DNA of 64,000 nt from positions 18,650 through 82,649 of IMG/VR virus record IMGVR_UViG_3300002053_001113; one strand, given 5' to 3'. A model generated the notes under the pieces. The model was given only the letters and a program-made list of their open reading frames with translations, made no database searches and was not told the origin of the DNA. Shown piece after piece: positions 51,853 to 61,381 of the stretch. The stretch is from a virus. Both the position numbers and the translations under genes were made by a program. Positions within the stretch are counted from its first letter, which is position 1; every line of letters begins with the position of its first letter.

Positions 51853-54012
51853 TTATTGATTCGGTTTTGAACTATCCTCCTCATCAATATCATGCCCCTC
51901 TCTTTTTAAAGCTCGTTTTCTAGCCAAACTTGCCATTCTAAAGAATTTTGTTTCATCAATAAAATCATAATAATGTGCTCCTTTTTTTCCTTCCATCTTT
52001 CTAAGCACACGTCCTAACATCTGTATTGTTTTTACATCTCCTTTATTAGCACCAACATTAATCACAATATCCAAACTTGGTATATCAATTCCTTCAGAAA
52101 ATATACTAATAGTTGAAACAAGCACATTCACGTTACCTTTAACAAATTCATCAAACATTCTTTCGCGTTCTTTCTTAGCTGTCTCACCATATAAATGCTC
52201 TACCATTACCAACTTTTCTAACATTTCCTTTAATAATTTACCATGGTCAATTAACTTGGTTAATATTAATATCTTTTTATTTTTATTCTTTTCTACCAAT
52301 TCCACAACCTGTAAATTTCTATCAACATTCTCAGATATAAATTTTCCATAATAATTATTATAATTGGGTGTTTCATTTATTAATCCAGTTTTTGCCTCAT
52401 TCTCTTTTCTTTCTATTAATTCTTTATCCATATAATTTTTAATAAACGTAATTTTTGGTAATACTAACCAACCTTTTTCTATTAAACGTTTACTGCTTAA
52501 ATCAAACACCTTATATCCTGTACTTGCTGTTATCATCATATCATTTCCGTCGTCTCTGTAAGCTGTTCCACTTATTCCTAATCTATATTCACTGTTGATT
52601 AACTGCCTACTTATTTTATAATAACTTTTAGCAGCAACCTTGTGTGTTTCATCAAATATAACAAACCTAACACTTCTCAAATAAGAGGCATATTTACCTA
52701 AACGCTTATTTAAAGTTTGTACCGTAGCAACTGTAATTGGTTTTATATCATCAGTACCAGCACCAATACTACCAACTTCAATTCCCAAACTATCTTTAAT
52801 ACGTTTTCTCGTCTGTCTCAATAACTCTATCTTATCAACAATAAATAAACTCTTAACTCCTAATCTTCTAATACATTCTATAGCAATTTCTGTTTTACCC
52901 CCACCAGTTCCAATCTCAAGTACTCCAATCTTATTACGTAAAAACGTATCAACTGCGTCCGTCTGATAATCCCTCAACACTACATTATTAATAAATTCGT
53001 TGGGCATCTTTATACTTGTTTCATCAAACTCTCTGTGGTCTTCTAATCTAAGTGCTAACTCCAACTTCTTATACTCAGCATAGTCCTTCAATGTTTTCAC
53101 TAATCCTTGTTTAAAACCTATTGGTAAACTTCTTGTATTTAAGTTCCAAAACTTTACAGTTGTCCTCGCCATTGGGTTTGCTTTCTTCATAAAGTAAGCA
53201 TTTTTTAACTCATAACTAAATTTCTTATCAATACCTTTATGTAATAACTGCGTCATAGGTCCTTCTACCTTAATGTTGTTTCCTATTACGTGTAAAGTAA
53301 AATTCAAACAACCTTCTTTTTGAAAACATAAATTTTTATAAGGACAAAAGAAATTACAATCTTTACACATTGGTGGAACCTGCCTATTATAAATAACAGC
53401 ACTCATTTTTTGTCGTATATCAAAATGCCATTTCTCTATATCTATAACATCTTGCATTGTAGGTATAACTGTAACCTCTCCTTTAGTACCAGTATATTTT
53501 AAATAATAAGCAGTAGCTTTTTTAGGTAGACGATTAAACTTCCTATAATATAAATAACAATAAAACATCAACTGTTTTTTATATATATCCTCACTTTCAT
53601 CACTTCTAGTTCCTGTTTTCCAATCAACTATTTCATCCTTCTCAGTATTAACCGCATCTAAATATGCTATTGCATCTGTATAAAATATCTTTAACTCAGT
53701 GCTTGTTATAACAAAGTTTTTGTTAATTCCCTCCAAAACCATTAGCCAATATTTATCTCTCTTTAATCTTAACAAACTTTCATCTAATTTATACTTCTCC
53801 CACAATGAATTAAATTCTTCCTTTAAATCTGGTAATTCAATATCTTGTGTATTATAATATATCTCCAGTGTTTTGTGAACTACGGTACCAGCATCTGCAT
53901 AACTTGTATCACCAGAAACAACAGGAACTTTAAGAACATATTGGTAATACCATTCACGTGGGCAAACTTCAAATACATGGTTTTGACTAAATGACGTTGG
54001 TTTCTTTAGCAT
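51853..54012 (-). CDS. Cas4/AddB-like PD-(D/E)xK nuclease fused to an SF2 (UvsW/XPB-like) helicase
   Basis: CPR..., DWKTG, QL..Y, CxxCxxCP; LRDYQ, TGGGKT, DETH, SGT, EGID.P, Q.LGRVLR. Confidence 0.85.
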   Translation of the reverse strand: MLKKPTSFSQNHVFEVCPREWYYQYVLKVPVVSGDTSYADAGTVVHKTLEIYYNTQDIELPDLKEEFNSLWEKYKLDESLLRLKRDKYWLMVLEGINKNFVITSTELKIFYTDAIAYLDAVNTEKDEIVDWKTGTRSDESEDIYKKQLMFYCYLYYRKFNRLPKKATAYYLKYTGTKGEVTVIPTMQDVIDIEKWHFDIRQKMSAVIYNRQVPPMCKDCNFFCPYKNLCFQKEGCLNFTLHVIGNNIKVEGPMTQLLHKGIDKKFSYELKNAYFMKKANPMARTTVKFWNLNTRSLPIGFKQGLVKTLKDYAEYKKLELALRLEDHREFDETSIKMPNEFINNVVLRDYQTDAVDTFLRNKIGVLEIGTGGGKTEIAIECIRRLGVKSLFIVDKIELLRQTRKRIKDSLGIEVGSIGAGTDDIKPITVATVQTLNKRLGKYASYLRSVRFVIFDETHKVAAKSYYKISRQLINSEYRLGISGTAYRDDGNDMMITASTGYKVFDLSSKRLIEKGWLVLPKITFIKNYMDKELIERKENEAKTGLINETPNYNNYYGKFISENVDRNLQVVELVEKNKNKKILILTKLIDHGKLLKEMLEKLVMVEHLYGETAKKERERMFDEFVKGNVNVLVSTISIFSEGIDIPSLDIVINVGANKGDVKTIQMLGRVLRKMEGKKGAHYYDFIDETKFFRMASLARKRALKREGHDIDEEDSSKPNQ

Positions 54013-54051
54013 ACGTGCACCTCAGACAGTATATATAAAAAAATAAAAAAA

Positions 54052-54636
54052 TTATTTCACAAATTCATCAACAACGTTTTTGTGAACTTCTTCTTTTGTG
54101 GTTGGATTAATAACAGTCTCAACCTTAATTTTAGCCTTTGGTTGTGAGTTTAAGAAACCCATAAATTCTCTTAAACTAACTTCATTAATATCTTTCTCTT
54201 TAAAGTCTGCGTAAAGTCCAAGTAGTCTACTTGCTTGGTTGTTCCTATCACGAGTTATTGTTGGATGTGAGTATTTATCACCTTCACGTTTAAACACTCT
54301 AACCCCACTATAAAATTCTTGTTGTGCCTCTTCATTATAATATAAAACAAAGGTGCAATATTTAAAATCCTTGTCACCAGCCTTTGTTTTATCCCACACA
54401 CGGTCAAGTGGTGGCAGTATAATATCTGCTTTTTTTATTGTTACTACTTTTCCATCAAGATTAATTCTTGGTGGAGCCTTAACACCTTCTGGAGCTTTAC
54501 TCCAATCATATGTTGTTCCAGCACTGCCACTTGCTATTAAACTATCCTGGTCTTGCGGCACATCTGAGAATTCTTGTTCAGGAGCAGTGTCTTCAACTTC
54601 TAACTCCTCAAACTCATTTTTTTCTTCGTCTGTCAT
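54052..54636 (-). CDS. Hypothetical protein, possible ssDNA-binding protein
   Basis: Acidic N-terminus and beta-rich body; heads the replication operon with its own promoter. Confidence 0.35.
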   Translation of the reverse strand: MTDEEKNEFEELEVEDTAPEQEFSDVPQDQDSLIASGSAGTTYDWSKAPEGVKAPPRINLDGKVVTIKKADIILPPLDRVWDKTKAGDKDFKYCTFVLYYNEEAQQEFYSGVRVFKREGDKYSHPTITRDRNNQASRLLGLYADFKEKDINEVSLREFMGFLNSQPKAKIKVETVINPTTKEEVHKNVVDEFVK

Positions 54637-54690
54637 ACGTATCCCTCCATTACGTTTTTTATACGTTGTTAATGAAAGTAAAACTTACTA

Positions 54691-54709
54691 CTATATAAAT
54701 GTTTTGATT
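54691..54709 (-). promoter_or_regulatory. Putative early/middle promoter AATCAAAACATTTATATAG
   Basis: Recurs at about 19714, 19760, 25608, 31482, 33396, 33985, 34026, 34052, 39572, 46795, 51843, 61221 and 61735. Confidence 0.7.
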
Positions 54710-54720
54710 TTATAAAACCC

Positions 54721-54778
54721 CACAAGGAGTTTAAGTTTCACATATTTTCCAAGAAGTTTGGGGGACCAACTCCTTGTG
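54721..54778. terminator. Hairpin with perfect 11-bp stem at the end of the small-gene array
   Basis: CACAAGGAGTT...AACTCCTTGTG; function inferred only from position. Confidence 0.35.
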
Positions 54779-54792
54779 AGGAAAAGAGGTGA

Positions 54793-54957
54793 TTAAAAAT
54801 TTAAGCCTAAACAATCATAACACTTATATTTACCTTTCTTTGTATAAATAAATCTATCAGTCATCTCTCCACAAAAGTCACACTCCACCTCGTAACCTCT
54901 ACTACCTGGTTTTTTTACTACCTCTCTTCTTCCTAATATCCTATCAACAACATTCAT
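54793..54957 (-). CDS. Zn-finger mini-protein with MNVVDRILG tag
   Basis: Translated by hand; CDFC...CYDC. Confidence 0.55.
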   Translation of the reverse strand: MNVVDRILGRREVVKKPGSRGYEVECDFCGEMTDRFIYTKKGKYKCYDCLGLNF

Positions 54958-55061
54958 CTTTTCTTTTTTCTCCTTCCAATTGGACCACTGCCTTGTCCAA
55001 TACCTAATCCCCTTCCTTTGCCTTTACTCCTTACCTTACGTCCTGGTTTTTTACAAGCCAT
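54954..55061 (-). CDS. Basic Gly/Arg/Lys peptide
   Basis: MACKKPGRKVRSKGKGRGLGIGQGSGPIGRRKKKR; paralog of the C-terminus of the 55246 protein. Confidence 0.55.
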   Translation of the reverse strand: MACKKPGRKVRSKGKGRGLGIGQGSGPIGRRKKKR

Positions 55062-55063
55062 AT

Positions 55064-55246
55064 TTACCACCTAAACCTTCCAATAGGTCCTCTACCTTTA
55101 CCAACACCTAACCCTCGTCCTCTACCTTTACTTCTTATTTTACGTCCTGGTGTTTTACACAAAGACTCTTCAAATTCTACTTCTTCCTCCCAATCTTCTT
55201 CTAATTCTTCTTCTCCTTTTCCTAATATCTTTTCCACTGGGTCCAT
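55064..55246 (-). CDS. MDPVEKILG-tag protein with acidic and then GR-rich segments
   Basis: ORF track; repeated junction upstream. Confidence 0.6.
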   Translation of the reverse strand: MDPVEKILGKGEEELEEDWEEEVEFEESLCKTPGRKIRSKGRGRGLGVGKGRGPIGRFRW

Positions 55247-55264
55247 TTTTATTTACCTCCATTT

Positions 55265-55480
55265 TTAATAAGACATATATTCTTCTTCAGTTAATTTATG
55301 ACCATGAGCTGCTGCACGTTTTTTAGCACACTTAAAACATAAATCTGCAGCAGGGTTAGTTTTCTTTCCTTCGCATTCAAAACAATACTGTGAATCATAT
55401 ATATCAGCTTCTATTAATCCTTCAAAAAATTCTTTTGTTTCATAATCATGATTGCCTAATATCTTTTTAACTGGGTCCAT
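55265..55480 (-). CDS. MDPVKKILG-tag Zn-finger protein
   Basis: CFEC...CFKC. Confidence 0.6.
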   Translation of the reverse strand: MDPVKKILGNHDYETKEFFEGLIEADIYDSQYCFECEGKKTNPAADLCFKCAKKRAAAHGHKLTEEEYMSY

Positions 55481-55486
55481 TTTTAT

Positions 55487-55621
55487 TTACCTCCGTTCTC
55501 TAAAACCAACAACCATATGAGTAAGATGTGTATCATAATTTTCATCAGTAATTATAACATTACAATCAACACATTTAACATACCCTTTCTTTTTTCCTAA
55601 TATCTTTTTAACTGGGTCCAT
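55487..55621 (-). CDS. MDPVKKILG-tag C2H2-like mini-protein
   Basis: Translated by hand: MDPVKKILGKKKGYVKCVDC...HLTH... Confidence 0.6.
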   Translation of the reverse strand: MDPVKKILGKKKGYVKCVDCNVIITDENYDTHLTHMVVGFRERR

Positions 55622-55627
55622 TTTTAT

Positions 55628-55807
55628 TTACCTCCTCCTTGGTGTACCATATTTACTTACCATTATAGCTTGATGCATTTTCAACGCTCTATTATATGCA
55701 CCCTTCTCACCATACTTATCAATTGAATAACAATGTATGGTTTTGGTAACACCTTTTGTGTTACAATGCACAACACACCAATTTCTTCCATACTTTCGTA
55801 ATGCCAT
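55628..55807 (-). CDS. Small AP2-like DNA-binding protein
   Basis: MALRKYGRNWCV...YSIDKYGEKGAYNRA. Confidence 0.45.
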   Translation of the reverse strand: MALRKYGRNWCVVHCNTKGVTKTIHCYSIDKYGEKGAYNRALKMHQAIMVSKYGTPRRR

Positions 55808-55812
55808 TTTAT

Positions 55813-55974
55813 TTACCTCCTCATTATTCCAGCTTTTTTCATTAACTTTTCAACATCTTTGCGTGTTAATAATTCGCCTTTCACGTTTTTTCCAAACCAC
55901 TGCCAAACATCTCTGGTTTTTATATATTTCCTAAATAATTTATTTCCTGCTACATCAACATAAATTGGTTTCAT
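55813..55974 (-). CDS. Small basic hypothetical protein
   Basis: Translated by hand: MKPIYVDVAGNK... Confidence 0.45.
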   Translation of the reverse strand: MKPIYVDVAGNKLFRKYIKTRDVWQWFGKNVKGELLTRKDVEKLMKKAGIMRR

Positions 55975-55976
55975 AT

Positions 55977-56204
55977 CTACCACTCTCCTTCATAACCTTC
56001 TTTATATTCCTTTACCTTTCTTTCAACAACCTCAGGTTCTAAACCAGTAATAATTTTCTGCATACCTGCTATAGCAATCTCATCCTGCCTCATTACATTT
56101 TTTGGTTGACAGTCTTTCCAATCAGGAACACCATCCATATCAGTGTCCTTCTTTCTGTGTTTTGTTCCAATTATTTTATTTATTGATTTGTCTATATTAA
56201 ACAT
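55977..56204 (-). CDS. MFNIDKSINKIIG-tag protein with DxDxDGVPDxxDC motif
   Basis: First ~41 aa are homologous to the 17716 protein. Confidence 0.6.
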   Translation of the reverse strand: MFNIDKSINKIIGTKHRKKDTDMDGVPDWKDCQPKNVMRQDEIAIAGMQKIITGLEPEVVERKVKEYKEGYEGEW

Positions 56205-56206
56205 CT

Positions 56207-56875
56207 TTACCAAACCTCCTGTTTTTCTTCTTCATGAGCTATATAATCTTTACCTTCTCTAACCTCTGCTGCGTGTTTGGTTTTATCTATTGTACCAGGA
56301 GGATGATTTGGAGGAGAATAAACAGTATAAAGTTTTAAAGGTTCTTTACCAGTATTAATTACATTGTGTTTGGTTCCAGCTGGTATTAATACAGCATCAC
56401 CACTTTTAGCTTGAAAGGTTTTTTTATCATTAAAAACAAATTTTGCACGCCCCTCCTCTATTCTAAAAAATTGGTCAACATTTTGGTGTGTTTCTGCACC
56501 TATATCTCCTTTAGTAGGAATACTCATTACAACAAGTTGCTCCTTATCACCAGTAAATAAAACTTTTCTATAATTTTTGTTTTTAATACTACTCTGTTCA
56601 ATGTCACCAGTAAAAACATTCTTTTTGGGGTGTGTACCAAAAAAATTATTCAATACACGTTCAGTTGTTAGCATCCTTCCTTTAATAGTTTTTCCTGTGG
56701 GAGACCTTACTGTTGGTTGTGTAAATGGAAAGAATACACTTGCTTTTGCCATATATAACAGCTGCGAAGCACGTTGGCCAGACGTCTGCTCCGCAGAAGG
56801 CTTTAAGGGGGTTTTATTCATAGAAAGAGGTGTTCCCTGTAAAGCTTTTTTAATACTCTTATCAATATTAAACAT
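56207..56875 (-). CDS. Cupin-domain protein with MFNIDKSI N-terminal tag
   Basis: IGAETH..VDQFFRIEEG...GDAVLIPAGTKHNVINTG...LYTVYSPPNH. Confidence 0.85.
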   Translation of the reverse strand: MFNIDKSIKKALQGTPLSMNKTPLKPSAEQTSGQRASQLLYMAKASVFFPFTQPTVRSPTGKTIKGRMLTTERVLNNFFGTHPKKNVFTGDIEQSSIKNKNYRKVLFTGDKEQLVVMSIPTKGDIGAETHQNVDQFFRIEEGRAKFVFNDKKTFQAKSGDAVLIPAGTKHNVINTGKEPLKLYTVYSPPNHPPGTIDKTKHAAEVREGKDYIAHEEEKQEVW

Positions 56876-56929
56876 CTAAATCCCCTTTAATATACATATA
56901 ATTAGTCTTCTTCTTTATATATATATTTT

Positions 56930-58402
56930 TTATTCCCAAGAAAAATAGCGAGGAAATAAATATTCAACATAATACCTAGTAGCTTTCTCACCATATTTTA
57001 ATATACAACCTTTAGTAAATCTAGCCAATCTTTCAACATTTAAATAATCATACTCTATTAAATCTTCCTTAAATTTTTTCATATCTTCTTGTATTGTTGT
57101 ATTACTATCTAACTTTAAAGCAGCTGTTGCTTGTTCGACGTGCTCCCAATTAAAACTATCCAATTTTCTATCAACGTATTTTGTCCTAGAAGGCCAAAGT
57201 TTATAAAGTGGTGGTATAAGGTTTGTTATACAAAAAGCATTAACTATGTTCTCATCAAACTGGAATTTTTTATTAGGAAGATTTGTTGGCAAACTACCAT
57301 GTTTTTGTTCTAACTCTCTATGTATCTCTCTAAATTCATTTGTGTTTAAATCAATTTTACTATCCCTCAGTAAGCACTTTATTTGAAACCAGAGGTAGTT
57401 ATTCCTCATACCCTCAGGCAAATCATTCTCTAACATAAACTTAATTAACTTATGCTCCCTCAACTCTCCTTTCTTCATTCTTTCCTTTATTGGTATAGTC
57501 CTACTCTTCACAAAAACACTTCTACGTTTAAATTCTTTAATATCTTTTTCAAAAGATAATACATAATCACTTAAACCTGTATTTTCTTCATTTCTCATTG
57601 CCACAATTCCTCTCCAAGTAAAACTATCATATTTATAATTTTTTGTTTGTGGCAATGCACCCACACGTCCAATATTAAAACAAGCTTTATCAACTTCAAC
57701 CCCAACATCATCTCTAAATTTACGTGCAAACATCATAATATGTTTTCCAATTCCTTTGCGTATAATTTCCTTCATAACTTCAAACTCCTCATTTAACACT
57801 GGATAATAATAATCTTCTTCTCTATGTTTGTGTTTTATAATCTTACTTTTTTTAAACTCAACCTCTGGCATTCTAATAGGAAAATCAAGTTTAATTAAAA
57901 GTTGTACACCATTTCCAGAACAGATTTTAATATAATTATTATTCCAAACCTCTCTTCCTAATTGTTCTAATATTTTTTCAGCTACATAATCACAATTCAT
58001 TAAATCTGCCTTTGTTGCTGAACTATTCTTCTTTTTTAATCTATCAATATCAATAAATATAAACTTAATCTCTTCAACATTAATATCTTTTCCTCCAAAA
58101 TTTTTGTAACCATATATATCAAAATTACGTTTACGTGGATTAATACCAAACCACATTGTAGTTTTATCTCTTACAAAAGCTATTACATTCTTCAGTTGTA
58201 CACTATTATTTATATATACTCCACTTGGACTATATGGTAGTTTGAAACGTTTAGCAGTCTCTCTCATTATATTATAATCTTTAATACGTATCTCCATTAC
58301 TTTATTATTACCATCAGACCACCATTCCCAAAAGTCACTTATAGTAAAATTACTATAAAACTTCTTTATTCTATCATTTTCGTCTAACCTGTGCCACTCC
58401 AT
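56930..58402 (-). CDS. Archaeo-eukaryotic-type primase / primase-polymerase
   Basis: FIDID, SGNGVQL; C-terminal EGMRNN helical domain; adjacent to MCM. Confidence 0.7.
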   Translation of the reverse strand: MEWHRLDENDRIKKFYSNFTISDFWEWWSDGNNKVMEIRIKDYNIMRETAKRFKLPYSPSGVYINNSVQLKNVIAFVRDKTTMWFGINPRKRNFDIYGYKNFGGKDINVEEIKFIFIDIDRLKKKNSSATKADLMNCDYVAEKILEQLGREVWNNNYIKICSGNGVQLLIKLDFPIRMPEVEFKKSKIIKHKHREEDYYYPVLNEEFEVMKEIIRKGIGKHIMMFARKFRDDVGVEVDKACFNIGRVGALPQTKNYKYDSFTWRGIVAMRNEENTGLSDYVLSFEKDIKEFKRRSVFVKSRTIPIKERMKKGELREHKLIKFMLENDLPEGMRNNYLWFQIKCLLRDSKIDLNTNEFREIHRELEQKHGSLPTNLPNKKFQFDENIVNAFCITNLIPPLYKLWPSRTKYVDRKLDSFNWEHVEQATAALKLDSNTTIQEDMKKFKEDLIEYDYLNVERLARFTKGCILKYGEKATRYYVEYLFPRYFSWE

Positions 58403-58781
58403 TTTTTCTACCTGTTATTAGTGCTCCTAAAGATAAACCAAATACAACCCCTCCAACAATACATAATTTATTACCTTGTTTTATTTGTCTAGCCCCTAAT
58501 CTGTAACCATCATCTAATGTAATTAGCTGCCCATCAGTTAATGTTTCAACATAATTAAAACTTTCATTAACTCCATAATATAATAAAATATAATTCATCT
58601 CTCCTTCCATCTCTTCTAAATTTTGCGCCACGTCCATATTGTGCCAACCTGTTGTAAACATATCAACACCATAAATTATTAAAACCAAACCCAACATAAT
58701 ATCCATTATTATAACTAATCTTGCAATCTCTTCTAACTTTACTTTATTTTTGCGTCTTTTTTTCTTTTTTTCTTTTTTCAT
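58374..58781 (-). CDS. Two-TM membrane protein
   Basis: Hydropathy. Confidence 0.5.
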   Translation of the reverse strand: MKKEKKKKRRKNKVKLEEIARLVIIMDIMLGLVLIIYGVDMFTTGWHNMDVAQNLEEMEGEMNYILLYYGVNESFNYVETLTDGQLITLDDGYRLGARQIKQGNKLCIVGGVVFGLSLGALITGRKNGVAQVRRK

Positions 58782-60937
58782 ATAAACTCACCCTCTGGTA
58801 GTCCAAACTCATCCTTCTTTATTGTGTCCTCCTCAATTTGTTTTTCTATTTCTTTTGCTCTCTCCAAGTCTGGAGGACCATGTATATTATAATCAATAGT
58901 ATCAACAACGTCTAATTTACAATTTGTTTTCTCAATTATCCACTTCAACAAATCAAAATCCTCCTCTTTAATTTCTTTACGTTGATTTATTATTCGCGAT
59001 AACCTAACAACATTATAATAAAACTCCTTTATCCTCGCATCTGCTATTATTCCGTAACTCTCTAATATTTTATCAACTTTATAAAAATGTTCTTTATCAT
59101 CAGCACTTTCTTTATATTCTTTTAAACTGTCAAAAAATGTTTGTATTTCCTCTGCTTTTAATGCTCTTATTAATTCTAAGTTTTCACTTATTGTGTCCCT
59201 TGCCACATTTCCTTTTATAACTTCTGATAGTCCATCGTCTTGTTTTTCATTTACCAAATAAAAGTAAAAAGGAAATCGTTCATGTAAAGCATAATCATAA
59301 CCATCAATCCACCACTGCTCCTTCTGTTTATATTCTATTCGCTTTTCATTAATAACTTTATGTAGGTGAGGGTTTGTATATTTAAATATTGGTTGATGTA
59401 GGTCCCATTTTTCATTCCATTCAACTTTCTCCTCACCACCTATTGTTACATTCAACTCTTTATATGCTTTCCTAATAACTCCTCTGTATTGCCCTAAATG
59501 ATTATAGTCTAAATTTTCACTTATATTCACTTGTGCTTTACGTTTATTAAAAACACCTGTTCCGCCTGCTCTATCATAACCATAATCATCTTCAAGCAAA
59601 AATGTTTTTAAGTTTTGTGTCAACTCTTTATTCTCACCCGCCTCGTCAATATGTATTGTGTTATAAGTGCCTAAATATCCAGTAGTCACTATTTTCTGTT
59701 CCTTACCCATCAAACTTACTACAACTCTAGTCCCTCTCAAAGCAGCTACACTCGTACTCAAACCATTTGTGGTTAAGTTTAAATGGTTGTTAAGCAAAAA
59801 CCCATAATATTTTAATACTGTTGTTTTACCTGTACTTGCTCCTCCCACTAATTGTATATTACCAAATAATTTTCCACCTAAATGTGTAATTGCTTTTTGT
59901 AATATCAACGCCACCTTAACTGGATACAACCCATAAATTTCCATACCTGTTTGTTGTTTAATAAAATTATCTAATGATTTTTGCATTGTAAAAATATAAT
60001 TTTCATCCTCTTTTTTCTCTGGAATATTAAACTTATTTGAGCCTACAGATTTAACATCTATTATTTGATAAAGCTCAGTTTTTCTAGGATTCTTAACTCT
60101 AAATAAAACACAGTCATAAAATCCTGGAGCATATTTATTAAAACTAAATGCTCCTGTAGAGTGTTTATTTCCTTCTTCATCCTCATAACTTATATCATAA
60201 TAATAAGCATCTTTTGTTGTACTTACCTCATTATCTGGATTAAGTTTAGTTCCACAAACACGTATTCTTTCTTCACCTGTTGGACTTATTGTAGTACGAT
60301 ATCCTTCACAACTTATTCTATTATTTGTACTAACTGTATCATAAGCTTTCATATTTGTTTCTGTTTTGCATTGTGTACATTTATAAAAAAACTCAATAGG
60401 ATAATCAAACTTAATACTTGTGGATAGAATTTGTATATAACATCTTTGTAAAACATCAACATTTTGTGGAGTTGTAACTGGCATTGTTTTACTAAAATCA
60501 TATCTAAACACAATATCACCACCTTCATCGCAAGTATATTTTCTTACATCTTTATATACAGTATGTTTGTCTAATACCATATATCTAACTCCACCTTCTT
60601 CTTTTATGTCTAATCCTTTATGTTCAATCTCATCATATTCAACTATACTTTTTCCCAACTCTAATAAAAATCCATTTAATTCTCTCTTAATACTATTTAA
60701 ATCATCTGTTTTTAACATTAATGTTTTTTTATCAAACTTCGTTCTATTGTAATGTAAAAAACCTTTATAATCTTTAACTATTTTATCAACTTTAATATGA
60801 TTTTCCTGTTGTAAAATCAACCTAGTAAGTTTTATAGCACCTAATTTGGAAAGACGCTTAAATTTCTTTTGTATAAATTTAATTACCTCTTTGTTATTAG
60901 AATATTCTCTAATCATACTATCAGTAATTCTTTCCAT
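58778..60937 (-). CDS. MCM-like replicative helicase
   Basis: Zn finger CTQC..C..C; Walker A GGASTGKT; SVAALRG; Walker B IHIDE; ERF arginine finger. Confidence 0.8.
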   Translation of the reverse strand: MERITDSMIREYSNNKEVIKFIQKKFKRLSKLGAIKLTRLILQQENHIKVDKIVKDYKGFLHYNRTKFDKKTLMLKTDDLNSIKRELNGFLLELGKSIVEYDEIEHKGLDIKEEGGVRYMVLDKHTVYKDVRKYTCDEGGDIVFRYDFSKTMPVTTPQNVDVLQRCYIQILSTSIKFDYPIEFFYKCTQCKTETNMKAYDTVSTNNRISCEGYRTTISPTGEERIRVCGTKLNPDNEVSTTKDAYYYDISYEDEEGNKHSTGAFSFNKYAPGFYDCVLFRVKNPRKTELYQIIDVKSVGSNKFNIPEKKEDENYIFTMQKSLDNFIKQQTGMEIYGLYPVKVALILQKAITHLGGKLFGNIQLVGGASTGKTTVLKYYGFLLNNHLNLTTNGLSTSVAALRGTRVVVSLMGKEQKIVTTGYLGTYNTIHIDEAGENKELTQNLKTFLLEDDYGYDRAGGTGVFNKRKAQVNISENLDYNHLGQYRGVIRKAYKELNVTIGGEEKVEWNEKWDLHQPIFKYTNPHLHKVINEKRIEYKQKEQWWIDGYDYALHERFPFYFYLVNEKQDDGLSEVIKGNVARDTISENLELIRALKAEEIQTFFDSLKEYKESADDKEHFYKVDKILESYGIIADARIKEFYYNVVRLSRIINQRKEIKEEDFDLLKWIIEKTNCKLDVVDTIDYNIHGPPDLERAKEIEKQIEEDTIKKDEFGLPEGEFI

Positions 60938-61151
60938 TTTCCTCCTTCACTCCTGTAACTGAAAGAAAATCAAAACTTAAAGGTATAGGTCCATCTTTAT
61001 GGTCATCTAGAATAATTTTATCATCTAAAACTTCTAAACAAATTCCCCTGAACGTATGGGTTTTGTTGTTGACAAGTTTGGTTACAAAAATGTATTTTCC
61101 AATAAATCTAGTCCAATGTTTTTTCTCGTCAACTATAGAAATGTCAGACAA
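60921..61151 (-). CDS. Small Sm/SH3-like beta-barrel protein
   Basis: FIGK.I.V......FRG....V.D..I.L pattern; TTG start with GGTG RBS. Confidence 0.4.
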   Translation of the reverse strand: MSDISIVDEKKHWTRFIGKYIFVTKLVNNKTHTFRGICLEVLDDKIILDDHKDGPIPLSFDFLSVTGVKEENGKNY

Positions 61152-61381
61152 CCTTCACACCTTCCATTCAATCATTTTAAAAAAATTTAAAGCCTAAAAT
61201 TATAAAAAATTGTTATATTATTTAAATGTTTTGATTGTGTTTTTCTTATGAAAAACTAACTTTTAAATTTCACCAAAACCACCATTTACTATTTATAAAG
61301 TTTACGGTTCTTAACAACTATTTTTTAAAAAATCACCTAAATTAGAAATCAGTATATTAATATATAAAAATTCTTTCCAAA

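Noticed and set aside
53330-54012. Cas4 domain as evidence of a CRISPR-Cas system
   Set aside because: It is fused to a helicase in a replication operon, with no cas1/cas2 or array
55220-55640. Regularly recurring ~40-bp repeats as a CRISPR array
   Set aside because: Spacing of 140-235 bp is too long and variable, the repeats contain an RBS and start codon, and the intervening sequences are ORFs; no cas operon
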